From assembly GCA_964406305.1 (NCBI GenBank), contig CAYORF010000005.1, positions 729 through 64,728 on the forward strand: a stretch of DNA of 64,000 bases. Reading direction: 5' to 3'. A program made the position numbers and the translations under genes. The notes below the pieces were generated by a model, which was not told the origin of the DNA, made no database searches, and was given only the letters and a program-made list of their open reading frames with translations. This stretch comes from an uncultured Anaerolineales bacterium. Lineage in GTDB: Bacteria; Chloroflexota; Anaerolineae; Anaerolineales; UBA11858. Below, in pieces: positions 53,688-63,125 of the stretch. Every line of letters begins with the position of its first letter. The stretch's first letter is position 1.

Positions 53688-54380
53688 ATGAATGAGTTAT
53701 TACGGTACCTCAAAGATTTTGAATACCTGATCTATATAATCATCGGCGGATTCACTGTCTGGCATATTAGGAAGTTTTTCCTAGCCTGGGAAGAGCTGCG
53801 AGCAGCGGCCTTTGGATTGGAAAAGGAGAGCGCCCAATTGCGTTTGAATCGCTCCGCTGCGCTTCTGGTTGTTCTGCTATTCCTGGGAACCGCAGAGTTT
53901 GGATTGGTCTCTTTTATTTTTCCTTCTATGCCCAATGCCAATCCCTTACCAACGGTGACCTTGGATTTGTTGGCCTCACCGACTACGACTATATCTCCCG
54001 TGGAAGAAACCGCCGTTCCGGCAGTTGAGGAAACTCCTTTACCTGGAACAGCAATTGTCCAAGCAGGATGTGTGCCTGAAGTATTGATGATCACATATCC
54101 AGAAAACAACACCACGGTGAGCGGAATCATTGAGATCGAAGGTACGGTAAATATCCCAGATTTCGGTTTTTATAAATTCGAGATCTCATTACCCAACTCC
54201 GGTACATGGCTGACGATCCAGGCGGGAGATGTTCCCAAAAGTGATGAAATGTTAGGTTTCTGGGATACGACCCAGTTGGATCCGGGTAATTATTCTCTGC
54301 GCCTGGTTGTAATAGATAATCAGGGTGTACCAAATGAACCCTGTGCGGTTGATCTATATGTAGAAATGATGGATGAGTAG
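53688..54380 (+). CDS. Membrane-anchored hypothetical protein with C-terminal Ig-like beta domain
   Basis: Two N-terminal hydrophobic helices. C-terminal VSGIIEIEGTV..YKFEISL..GNYSLRLVVIDNQG pattern resembles Ig-like/FlgD-Ig folds (weak). Confidence 0.45.
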   Translation: MNELLRYLKDFEYLIYIIIGGFTVWHIRKFFLAWEELRAAAFGLEKESAQLRLNRSAALLVVLLFLGTAEFGLVSFIFPSMPNANPLPTVTLDLLASPTTTISPVEETAVPAVEETPLPGTAIVQAGCVPEVLMITYPENNTTVSGIIEIEGTVNIPDFGFYKFEISLPNSGTWLTIQAGDVPKSDEMLGFWDTTQLDPGNYSLRLVVIDNQGVPNEPCAVDLYVEMMDE

Positions 54381-54394
54381 GCCGGGAAACCAAT

Positions 54395-54931
54395 ATGACT
54401 AAGATCAATATCCGCCCAGCAATATCAACTGATATTTCCAAGATGGTCGCCCTGGACCATAATTACGCTACGGGGCATGTCTGGCAAATGACCATGGATC
54501 TGACGGAGATCCAAACCCAGGTTTCGTTCCGAGAAGTGCGTCTGCCGCGTGAGGTCCATGTTAATTATCCCCGTATCGCCCAAAAACTGGTGGATGATTG
54601 GACAACCCGGGATGTACTCCTTTTGGCCGAAGCAGGTGAGCAAGTTAGAGGGTATATCAGTGTTCAAATGGGATTGGCACCTGCGAGCGCCTGGGTGAAA
54701 GACCTGGCAGTTGACCGGGTGCATAGACGGAATGGTATTGGCAGCGCTCTGGTTTTGGCAGCCCAAGATTGGTGTGGAAGAAAGGGCTTTCACCGGCTGA
54801 CGCTTGAAATGCAGCCTAAGAATTATCCTGCTATTCAATTCGCCTACAAGCTTGGGTTTGAATTCTCGGGTTATAACGATCAATATTACAGGGACCAGGA
54901 AATCGCGATTTTCTTTTCCTCTTACATATGA
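54395..54931 (+). CDS. GNAT family N-acetyltransferase
   Basis: Acetyl-CoA motif VHRRNGIGSALV. 4-nt overlap with the next gene. Confidence 0.8.
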   Translation: MTKINIRPAISTDISKMVALDHNYATGHVWQMTMDLTEIQTQVSFREVRLPREVHVNYPRIAQKLVDDWTTRDVLLLAEAGEQVRGYISVQMGLAPASAWVKDLAVDRVHRRNGIGSALVLAAQDWCGRKGFHRLTLEMQPKNYPAIQFAYKLGFEFSGYNDQYYRDQEIAIFFSSYI

Positions 54932-56832
54932 ACTTATTATCCATTCTTCAAACCATCAACCAGCTCCTGGCAGCTGGTATTTCCATTACCGCATTTTCTC
55001 TTCTCCTTTACGCTTTATCCTTTAATCTAAAAGACAAGGTAGCCCGGTCATTCGCTTTTATCATGGGCTGCGTAGTGGTGGTATTTGTGGGAGAGTCAGT
55101 GGCGGGGGTAGTCAGCTCTCCCACTTGGATAGAGGTCTGGTATCAAATCCAATGGCTAGGGATCATCATGCTACCAGCCGCATATGTACATTTATCAGAC
55201 GCGATCCTGGCCACCACCGGTCGACCTTCTCGGGGGCGCAGGACTAAGTTGGTCAAAGCTACTTTCCTGATCTCATTTGTGTTCCTGATTATGGTTCCAT
55301 TTAATATCCTGGTTGGGTCCCTGGTTACAGAAGGCGTAGTTGCGCCCCATCTGGAACGGACCAGTCTGACCTGGGTATTCTCTGCTTTTTATATATTGAG
55401 TATGATCTGGGCCTGGGTCAACTTCCAGCGGGCTTACCACCGAACTGTCACCAGCTCTGGACGTAGGAGGATTGGTTACCTGATCGGAGGAGCTCTGGCG
55501 CCTGCCCTGGGATCATTCCCTTATCTGCTTTTTGGCTCAACTTTTGCTTTACAGCATCAGTATGTTTTCTGGCTCACCACAGTTGTTAGCAATGTTCTGG
55601 TTTCGGGATTGATTATCATCATGGCGTATGCGGTGGCCTTTTTTGGCGTTTCGTGGCCAGACCGGGTCGTCAAACGTCGATTGATCAAATGGGTTATGAG
55701 GGGGCCGGTAACAGCTAGCACTGTGTTATCCCTTACTACTTTGACCCGTCGGGCTGGGGAACCGTTGTCGTTTTTTGCTCCGGTGGTCATGGTGGGCACA
55801 TTTTTATTGATGCAGTATTTCATCACCATGTTTTCCCCCATCTGGGAACGTTGGTTCTTGTTTGGGGAAGGCAAGAACAATATAGCTCTGCTTCAAAATC
55901 TGGAAGAACGGCTTTTTACATTGGATGACCTGAGCCAATTCTTGGAATCGGTCCTGGCAGCCATGTGTGATCGCCTGCAGGTAACAAAAGCATTTGCTGC
56001 ATCATTGGATCCGATCGGGATGGATTTCTTGGTGAGTGTTGGGGGACAAGTAGATTTCGATGAGGAAGAACTTTCGAAGCGGATTACGGATGTCTCCTCC
56101 AAGCAAGACCAAATTGGTAACTTCAGTATTTTCTTATGGGGGAATTTCTGGGTTATCCCAATAATCAACGCTCGGAAACCAGAAGAACTGCTTGGTTTGG
56201 TTGGGGTAGAGACTCCGGAAGAACTCCTTGATGGCGATCAGCGGGAGGCCTTCCGGATCCTGATCCAGCGCGCTCAGCAGGCTCTGGCGGATAGAAACTT
56301 CCAGCAGCAGGTATTTAGCTCAATCGAGGACCTGACCCCGCAGATGAACCGCATTCAGCGTCTGAGAGCTGCAGCTCGTTATGATGGGACCAGCGTGTTA
56401 ACGGCAGCTACCGGAGAAATTTCCCTTGATGAGGGCACTTTGACCGAGTGGGTCAAGGATGCTTTGTCGGATTATTGGGGAGGACCTGATCTCTCGGAAA
56501 GCCCGCTCTTACAGCTGGAGATCGTGCAAAATTCACTGGACAAACACGACGGCATATCCGTCAAGGCGGTCCGGGCAATTTTGAAAGAAGCAATTGAGAA
56601 GATCAGGCCTGAAGGGACCAGAAGATTCACTCTGGACTGGGTTTTATACAATATTTTGGAGATGAAGTTCCTAAAAGGACAGAAAGTCCGGGATGTTGCC
56701 AAGCGCCTGGCTATGTCAGAGGCGAACCTGTACCGAAAACAAAAGGTCGCGATTGAGGTTGTTGCTAAAACCATCCTGGAGATGGAAAAACAGGCCCGGG
56801 AAAATGTGAAAGATTCTTCAGAAAATGCCTGA
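54928..56832 (+). CDS. Membrane sensor-like protein: N-terminal ~7-TM domain, central domain, C-terminal HTH (sigma70-region-4/LuxR-like)
   Basis: Seven hydrophobic helices in the first ~290 aa. C-terminal ..KGQKVRDVAKRLAMSEANLYRKQKVAIEVVA.. HTH pattern. Confidence 0.5.
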   Translation: MNLLSILQTINQLLAAGISITAFSLLLYALSFNLKDKVARSFAFIMGCVVVVFVGESVAGVVSSPTWIEVWYQIQWLGIIMLPAAYVHLSDAILATTGRPSRGRRTKLVKATFLISFVFLIMVPFNILVGSLVTEGVVAPHLERTSLTWVFSAFYILSMIWAWVNFQRAYHRTVTSSGRRRIGYLIGGALAPALGSFPYLLFGSTFALQHQYVFWLTTVVSNVLVSGLIIIMAYAVAFFGVSWPDRVVKRRLIKWVMRGPVTASTVLSLTTLTRRAGEPLSFFAPVVMVGTFLLMQYFITMFSPIWERWFLFGEGKNNIALLQNLEERLFTLDDLSQFLESVLAAMCDRLQVTKAFAASLDPIGMDFLVSVGGQVDFDEEELSKRITDVSSKQDQIGNFSIFLWGNFWVIPIINARKPEELLGLVGVETPEELLDGDQREAFRILIQRAQQALADRNFQQQVFSSIEDLTPQMNRIQRLRAAARYDGTSVLTAATGEISLDEGTLTEWVKDALSDYWGGPDLSESPLLQLEIVQNSLDKHDGISVKAVRAILKEAIEKIRPEGTRRFTLDWVLYNILEMKFLKGQKVRDVAKRLAMSEANLYRKQKVAIEVVAKTILEMEKQARENVKDSSENA

Positions 56833-56881
56833 AAAATGTTACAATCATTTGTGTTCGCCTTATTTTTGAAAAGGTACATTA

Positions 56882-57823
56882 ATGGTTCATGAGGATCAGC
56901 TACATAACATTCCGGAAGAGCCCCCTGATTGGAATGATTCTTGGTGGAAAGCAGCCTTGTCTGAGGGGGAAGAGGACTTGAGCTTAGGAGCGGGTCAGGT
57001 TGTTGATGCGGATCAGCCTGGAACAGTCCCCTTCTTGATCACTGATAACCAACCAGAAAATGATTGGGATGTTGTTGACCGGATATATCAAATGGATGAA
57101 ATTGTCCGTTTGAAAGTGGTTGGTTGTAATCAAGGTGGACTTCTTGTCCAGGGGGAAAAGATCAATGGATTTGTGCCCTGTTCCCATCTATTGGCTGGTC
57201 ATAAAAAGAATGAATACCTTCAGCAAACTATTGAGCTTAAGGTCATAGAATTCGACCGCGATCGCAGCCGGGTTGTGCTTTCTGAAAGAGCTGCCCAAGC
57301 TAAAGCTGGCAGCCGGATCAAATTACTTGATGAGCTGGTAAAGGGTTCCTGCATCCCCGGCGTGATCACCACCCTGACTGATTTTGGCGCTTTTGTTGAT
57401 CTAGGAGGCATGGAAGGGTTGATTCATATTTCAGAGCTGTCCTGGGGCAGGGTTGATCATCCATCCGATGTGGTTTCTGTGGGTGATTGCATGGATGTCT
57501 ATATCCTGAATATCGACCGCGTAGAAAACAAGGTTGCGCTAAGTTTAAAGAAGTTGTGTCCCAATCCATGGGAGACAATTACAGAACGCTACCACACAGG
57601 CCAGATTATTGAAGCGGTGGTTAGAAATATCGTTTCGTATGGGGCTTTTGTGCGATTGGAAGAAGGGGTGGATGGTTTGATCCATGTTTCGGAGCTGGGG
57701 GAGAATGGGAAAGATGTGTCACCTTGGGATGTATTAGAGGAAAACCAGAAGATCTCAGTTGAGATCATTAACTTGGATCCCAAGGAGCAGCGTCTCGGAC
57801 TAAGTTTGGCCGAGGGGGAATAA
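56882..57823 (+). CDS. S1 RNA-binding domain protein (three S1 repeats)
   Basis: Repeats: GFVPCSHL, GVITTLTDFGAFVDLGGMEGLIHISELS, AVVRNIVSYGAFVRLEEGVDGLIHVSEL. Confidence 0.8.
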   Translation: MVHEDQLHNIPEEPPDWNDSWWKAALSEGEEDLSLGAGQVVDADQPGTVPFLITDNQPENDWDVVDRIYQMDEIVRLKVVGCNQGGLLVQGEKINGFVPCSHLLAGHKKNEYLQQTIELKVIEFDRDRSRVVLSERAAQAKAGSRIKLLDELVKGSCIPGVITTLTDFGAFVDLGGMEGLIHISELSWGRVDHPSDVVSVGDCMDVYILNIDRVENKVALSLKKLCPNPWETITERYHTGQIIEAVVRNIVSYGAFVRLEEGVDGLIHVSELGENGKDVSPWDVLEENQKISVEIINLDPKEQRLGLSLAEGE

Positions 57824-57842
57824 CAAGGTTTAACCAAATAGT

Positions 57843-58418
57843 ATGATTTCTAAAATTAAGGATCTCTTTATCGGAGTTCTATTCGGCTTGTTAAGTGCCG
57901 GATTGATCCTGCTGGTTTCAAAGCCAAAACCTGGCAGAGCAATCTTGCTTCGACCAGCTCCTACTCCCCATCCAGTTGTAATCAATATAGATGGAGCTGT
58001 GGTGTCACCCGGTGTTTACATCCTTCCAATCCAGAGCCGAGTGGTTGATGCTGTGGAAGCAGCTGGTGGATTGGCAGAAAATGCCAGTCCCGGATCTGTA
58101 AACCTGGCCGCGGAGCTTGAGGATGGGAGCCATATATACATCCCCGCCCGGAATCCCTCTCTGGAAAATTCCGCAGAGTTAGTGGGGAGTGCAGTAGGAA
58201 TATCAGAGAGTGGAGAGATGATCTCCCTTGTTAATATTAACAAGGCTTCTCTAGAAGTGTTGATCGGTTTGCCTGGCATAGGTCCGGTAACAGCTGAAAA
58301 GATCATCAACTACAGGGAAGATCAGATATTTACAAGAATTGAAGAAATCCAGAAAGTACCCGGCATCGGCCCGGCTACATTTGAACAGATCAAGATCTAT
58401 CTTACAGTGGGTGAATAA
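57843..58418 (+). CDS. comEA: ComEA-family DNA-binding protein (TM + SLBB + helix-hairpin-helix)
   Basis: N-terminal TM, INIDGAVVSPGVYILP (SLBB), NINKASLEVLIGLPGIGPVTAEKI and VPGIGPATFEQI (HhH). Confidence 0.85.
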   Translation: MISKIKDLFIGVLFGLLSAGLILLVSKPKPGRAILLRPAPTPHPVVINIDGAVVSPGVYILPIQSRVVDAVEAAGGLAENASPGSVNLAAELEDGSHIYIPARNPSLENSAELVGSAVGISESGEMISLVNINKASLEVLIGLPGIGPVTAEKIINYREDQIFTRIEEIQKVPGIGPATFEQIKIYLTVGE

Positions 58419-58440
58419 AAAGCGGGAGAATTAAAAGAGA

Positions 58441-58526
58441 AAACCTTGTCAGCTTTATCATTGGCGGGAAAGAACTGATCACCGTTGTTGGGCGGCTGCT
58501 TTCATCGCAGATGACTGACAAGGTTT
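58441..58526. repeat. 12-bp perfect inverted repeat with 62-nt spacer
   Basis: AAACCTTGTCAG (58441-58452) / CTGACAAGGTTT (58515-58526) between convergent comEA and the 66-aa ORF. Confidence 0.6.
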
Positions 58527-58546
58527 AGTATTACAGGGTGTTTATT

Positions 58547-58747
58547 TTATTGTACTTTTTTCTTCAGTACGGGCAGACCGTTTTTGGTTTCAGATACAAC
58601 ATACGCGGCTGGAACTGCATCCAGTGCGCCTTCTTTAACTTCCTTGGCGAAGAAGTACAGGGTTGATTCTTTTCCACTTTTCAGTACACGGGTTCGACCG
58701 TGCAGGTAGTAGGTGACTCCCTTTCCATTTGTATGTGCGTAAGCCAT
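58547..58747 (-). CDS. Small basic hypothetical protein (66 aa)
   Basis: Strong AAGGAG RBS 6 nt upstream of the ATG. Monocistronic context. No family name recalled. Confidence 0.55.
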   Translation of the reverse strand: MAYAHTNGKGVTYYLHGRTRVLKSGKESTLYFFAKEVKEGALDAVPAAYVVSETKNGLPVLKKKVQ

Positions 58748-58957
58748 AATATCTCCTTTGTTCGTTAATTCCTAAAAACCGCCCAACAGATTTTTGTGAT
58801 GAGGTGGTGAAACCTCAGTTAAAACTTAGTGAATCTGCTTTGATTTCCTGTATTAGATATTTTTTATAGAGGAAGTGGATGATCGTTCTTCCTCTATTAT
58901 TGTAACCCCTAAACCTTAAAAAGTTCTATATTTTGCCATTTTTAGAGGGAAAAACGC

Positions 58958-59737
58958 CTATTTAGGCCCTTTTTGAAGTGAAAATTCACAATAAACGCTA
59001 GATATACGAAATCCAAGGGACCAGTAGAGGGAAAGAGCGGGGTGGTTATCACATTTAACATGCAGCCCGATGAAATCAACTTTACCCTCCAGGAGCTGGC
59101 ATAAACGGGCCGTAACTGCCCTCCCGTAGCCCTGGCCGCGGTTCTCTGGATGAGTAGTAATATTCCCCAGGGCGGCCACTCTGTAAGTTGCTGAATATGT
59201 ATGGATTCCGGCAATGCTCACCAACTGACCATGTTGGCGGATGCCAATATACTGCCCGGACTCCAGCATACGAGGGTCAAAGGCGTTATCCGGATAGCTT
59301 TCCTTATAGAGCTCATTAACTTCGGGTAGGTCAGTTTCAGTTAACTGAAACGTGTTATCGGTGTTGGCCTGAAGTATAGGATCAGAATTAACAAGAGCCA
59401 TTTTGTAATGATCCCCGTGTTCCGAGACCTGATAGTAATCAGAAAAATGTTTTATCAAACCTGGGCTTAAATGGGCGTAAAATCGATTTGGCAGAAGGGA
59501 CTGCAGCTGCCGGATGTAATCATGATCAAGTTCCCCAAATGCCAGCAGGACAGGCAGATTATCCCCTCGGTAAAATGGAGTAATATTTTTCAGTCCTATT
59601 TCGGTTTGAATACCGTAACAGGTTATCTTGGGCCAGTAAAAATCGTCCAGGTCTCCCAAGCTGTAGAGATGGAGAGGGAGATCCTGGCGGAAATATTTTT
59701 CCAGAGCAGATCGGTCTTTGATAATTTGGATATCCAC
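58958..59737 (-). CDS. GNAT family N-acetyltransferase (C-terminal GNAT domain)
   Basis: NRGQGYGRAVTARLCQ acetyl-CoA motif in the C-terminal half. Confidence 0.7.
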   Translation of the reverse strand: MDIQIIKDRSALEKYFRQDLPLHLYSLGDLDDFYWPKITCYGIQTEIGLKNITPFYRGDNLPVLLAFGELDHDYIRQLQSLLPNRFYAHLSPGLIKHFSDYYQVSEHGDHYKMALVNSDPILQANTDNTFQLTETDLPEVNELYKESYPDNAFDPRMLESGQYIGIRQHGQLVSIAGIHTYSATYRVAALGNITTHPENRGQGYGRAVTARLCQLLEGKVDFIGLHVKCDNHPALSLYWSLGFRISSVYCEFSLQKGPK

Positions 59738-59849
59738 GTCTGGATTTTACCAACTGCTTCAATATTTTCCTATCTTTTCACTAAAGATAATTCCAGAGCA
59801 GAGAGTTATAATGTAGACATAGGAAAACTTAGAATCTGGAAGGATAGTT

Positions 59850-61364
59850 ATGTCAAACGCTCTTGTTGAATGTGTGCCGAATTTTTCTGAAGGTCGTCGA
59901 CAGAATGTGCTGGATGACATCAAGGGGGTCATCTCGGCCGTATCTGGCGCTTATGTCCTCGATATGCATACCGATGCTGATCATAACCGCAGCGTGATCA
60001 CCTTTGTGGGTGAACCCAAAGCCGTTGAAGAAGCTGCTTTTCAAATGATCAAAAAAGCGTCCCAATTAATTGACCTGGATAACCACAATGGAGAACATCC
60101 TCGCATTGGAGCTACTGATGTGGTTCCCTTTGTGCCTATTTCAAATATAACCATGGATGAATGTGTGGATATGGCCCACAGAGTAGGGGAAAGGGTGGGA
60201 CAGGAACTGAATATCCCGGTTTATTTTTATGAAGCTGCCGCTCTACGCCCAGAACGAAAACGGTTGGAGTTGGTCCGCCGGGGTGAATACGAGGGCTTAA
60301 AAGCAGAGGTTAAATCCAATCCGGATCGAGTCCCGGATGCAGGTCCCGCAGAACTTGGATCTGCCGGAGCCACTGTGATCGGAGCCCGGGAATTCTTGGT
60401 TGCTTATAACGTCAATCTGACCACCGACGATGAAGAGATCGCAACTAAGATCGCCCGGACAGTTCGCCATTCCTCTGGGGGATTGAGATTTGTAAAAGCT
60501 CTGGGTATGACCGTCGAAGGCCGAGCCCAGGTCTCTATGAACTTGACCAATTTCCTAAAAACTCCCCTCCCGTTGGTAGTAGAAACCATTCGTAGGGAAG
60601 CGGAACGGTATGGCGTGGGCATTCATAACAGTGAGCTGGTGGGTTTGATTCCCCAAGCAGCCATTGTGGATACAGCAGTCTGGTACACCCAGATGGATTT
60701 GTTTTCTCCGGACCAGGTCCTGGAAGGGAAAATGGCAGAAATGATTGGGGAAAGCGGGTCAGCCGATTTTATAGAGAGTTTGGCTGCTCCAACTCCCACA
60801 CCGGGGGGTGGTTCAGCAGCAGCTTATGCAGGAGCGATGGCTGCCGGACTGGTATCTATGGTAGCCCGATTGACGATTGGAAAAAAGGGATATTCTGAAG
60901 TAGAAGCAGCCATGAATAGGATCCTTGAGGAATCAGAAATCCTCAGAAATGACCTTACAAGCGGTGTTATTGAGGATTCGGAAGCTTTTGATCGGGTCAT
61001 GGCAGCCTATAAAATACCTAAGTCTGATCCTGCGCGGACCGCAGCTATTCAGGAAGCAACCCTGCTGGCCGCTCAGGTTCCACTGGAGGCAGCCAAAAAG
61101 TCCTACAGGGTCGCGGAGTTGGCATTGGAAGCGGCTCAATCCGGGAATAAAAACGCCATCACGGACGCTGGATCCGCAGTAAATCTGGCAATTGCAGCAG
61201 TAAACAGCGCTGCTTATAATGTTCGCATAAATCTGGCGGATCTGAATGATCACAAACAAAAAGAACAGATCCTGTCAGAGCTGGGAGAAATCGAAGAAGG
61301 AGCACTAGTTTCCCTTGATAAGATCAAAACAATCCTGACTGACCGGGGGGGATTATTTTCCTGA
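59850..61364 (+). CDS. ftcD: Bifunctional glutamate formimidoyltransferase / formimidoyltetrahydrofolate cyclodeaminase
   Basis: N-terminal LVECVPNFSEGRR.., central ..HPRIGATDVVPFVP.., and C-terminal cyclodeaminase motif PTPGGGSAAAYAGAMAAGL. Confidence 0.85.
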   Translation: MSNALVECVPNFSEGRRQNVLDDIKGVISAVSGAYVLDMHTDADHNRSVITFVGEPKAVEEAAFQMIKKASQLIDLDNHNGEHPRIGATDVVPFVPISNITMDECVDMAHRVGERVGQELNIPVYFYEAAALRPERKRLELVRRGEYEGLKAEVKSNPDRVPDAGPAELGSAGATVIGAREFLVAYNVNLTTDDEEIATKIARTVRHSSGGLRFVKALGMTVEGRAQVSMNLTNFLKTPLPLVVETIRREAERYGVGIHNSELVGLIPQAAIVDTAVWYTQMDLFSPDQVLEGKMAEMIGESGSADFIESLAAPTPTPGGGSAAAYAGAMAAGLVSMVARLTIGKKGYSEVEAAMNRILEESEILRNDLTSGVIEDSEAFDRVMAAYKIPKSDPARTAAIQEATLLAAQVPLEAAKKSYRVAELALEAAQSGNKNAITDAGSAVNLAIAAVNSAAYNVRINLADLNDHKQKEQILSELGEIEEGALVSLDKIKTILTDRGGLFS

Positions 61365-61431
61365 TCCCTCGCCCAAATAATTTCAGGTTCCATCCGGACT
61401 GCCTGGTAGCTCGGATACATTTTTCTGGTTT

Positions 61432-63096
61432 TTGATGAAGAACAAGACCCTCTGGATCATTCTAATAATTGTTCTGATCGCAGTTGTTTTTTTTGCTGCC
61501 TTTTTCTTGAAAGGCGGTATATTTCCCTGGATTACAGAAGAAGAAGTCACACCCTATGTGCCACCAATAGGCGAGGTCCTGCCAACTGCCACTTTCTTTT
61601 CTCCTTCGGCAGTAACACCTACATTAGAACCTGATATGGTGTGGGTTGACCCCGGTCTTCCAGAACCCCTGCTAGACCAGCTGGCGGGGATGGATTTTTT
61701 GCAGATAACCGATCAACAGGAAGATGCGGCAACATCCCTCTTCATCGGTGACGATAATCCAATTACATACTGGGTCTTTGCTGCTGCCGCTCCCTTCCCG
61801 ACTATCACGGATGGAATCTCTCTGGAAGGCATTAAGTCTGCCTGGCAGGGAGGGAAAAACCCTCTAGCGCCCAATAATCCGATTTTCTTATCACAGGAAA
61901 CCAGGGATATTCTGGCAATCTATTGGGGCGAACCAAGCTCAAACGCGGTTGAGATCATTACCTCGGATAATCTTTCCAAACAAGCCTGGACTCATCAGCC
62001 ATCCCTGGCAATTTTGCCTTTCGATGAGTTAACCCCGGATTGGAAGGTGCTGGAAATTGATGGAATTTCACCACTCGAGCAGGTATTTGATCCAGGATCG
62101 TATGGCCTTTCTTTGGCAATCTCTGCTGTTGGATTTGACCCCAACATATTCCAGGAAATTACCAGCAACCGCGATCCAAACAAGTTCACCAGTGTAGTTT
62201 TGACGGGTGTGACCGCCCTGGTTCGTGCTACAGCCTGGACTATGGAAAAGGAGGGAATAAATTATCCAGCGAGGGATATTCTACAATATTTGATAGAGGC
62301 TGATATTCTACACATCAGCAATGAGGTTCCATTTGCGCAGGGGTGCCCGTATCCTAATCCTGTCCAGGAGGGTTTGCGCTTCTGCAGTGACAGCCGCTAT
62401 ATTGAACTGATGGAAACCATCGGCACCGATGTTGTGGAACTGACAGGAGACCATTTTGGTGACCAAGGTCCTGAAGCCATGTTATATACTCTGGAGATGT
62501 ACAACCAGAGGGACTGGCCCTATTATGGCGGCGGCGCTGATCGCACAGACGCCCAGGAGCCGGTCCTGTTTGACCATAATGGCAATAAAATAGCTTTCCT
62601 GGGATGCAATGCCAAGGGGGGAGGATATGCTACAGCAAATGTGGGGTATCCAGGTGCAGTTGCTTGTGATTTTCCCAAAATGACTGGGCAGATCAAAGAG
62701 CTGCGGGATGAAGGCTATCTTCCGATAGCCACCTTCCAGCATTTTGAGTATTATACTTACCTTGCGCAGCCAGATCAGATCCGCGATGCCAGGACCCTGA
62801 CTAATGCTGGCGCGGTGATTGTTAGCGGCAGCCAGGCTCACCAACCGCAGGCATTTGAGATTAGGGATGAAGCATTTATTCATCACGGTCTTGGCAACCT
62901 CTTTTTTGACCAGATCTATGAGATCCCACCCCACACAGCATCTGCATTCATAGACCGGCATATATTTTATAATGGTAAACACATCAGCACTGAGCTGCTG
63001 ACGATCAAGTTTGAGGATTTCGCCCGGGCCAGACCAATGACCCAATCCGAAAGGGAAAGACTTCTTCAAACGACCTTCAGCGCCAGTAACTGGTAA
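61432..63096 (+). CDS. CapA-family (PGA_cap metallophosphatase-like) protein with N-terminal TM anchor
   Basis: N-terminal TM. Pattern ..LTGVTALVRAT.., ..ADILHISNEVPF.., ELTGDHFGD, YYGGG.., VSGSQAHQPQ, typical of CapA. Confidence 0.75.
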   Translation: MMKNKTLWIILIIVLIAVVFFAAFFLKGGIFPWITEEEVTPYVPPIGEVLPTATFFSPSAVTPTLEPDMVWVDPGLPEPLLDQLAGMDFLQITDQQEDAATSLFIGDDNPITYWVFAAAAPFPTITDGISLEGIKSAWQGGKNPLAPNNPIFLSQETRDILAIYWGEPSSNAVEIITSDNLSKQAWTHQPSLAILPFDELTPDWKVLEIDGISPLEQVFDPGSYGLSLAISAVGFDPNIFQEITSNRDPNKFTSVVLTGVTALVRATAWTMEKEGINYPARDILQYLIEADILHISNEVPFAQGCPYPNPVQEGLRFCSDSRYIELMETIGTDVVELTGDHFGDQGPEAMLYTLEMYNQRDWPYYGGGADRTDAQEPVLFDHNGNKIAFLGCNAKGGGYATANVGYPGAVACDFPKMTGQIKELRDEGYLPIATFQHFEYYTYLAQPDQIRDARTLTNAGAVIVSGSQAHQPQAFEIRDEAFIHHGLGNLFFDQIYEIPPHTASAFIDRHIFYNGKHISTELLTIKFEDFARARPMTQSERERLLQTTFSASNW

Positions 63097-63125
63097 AACC
63101 AAATATATTTGTACAGGAGGTATTG

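Noticed and set aside
58866-58900. Hairpin ATAGAGGAAG-N11-CTTCCTCTAT downstream of the GNAT gene as its terminator.
   Set aside because: On the minus (GNAT) strand it is followed by an A-run rather than a U-run. On the plus strand there is no upstream gene to terminate. It is noted only as an inverted repeat of unclear role.
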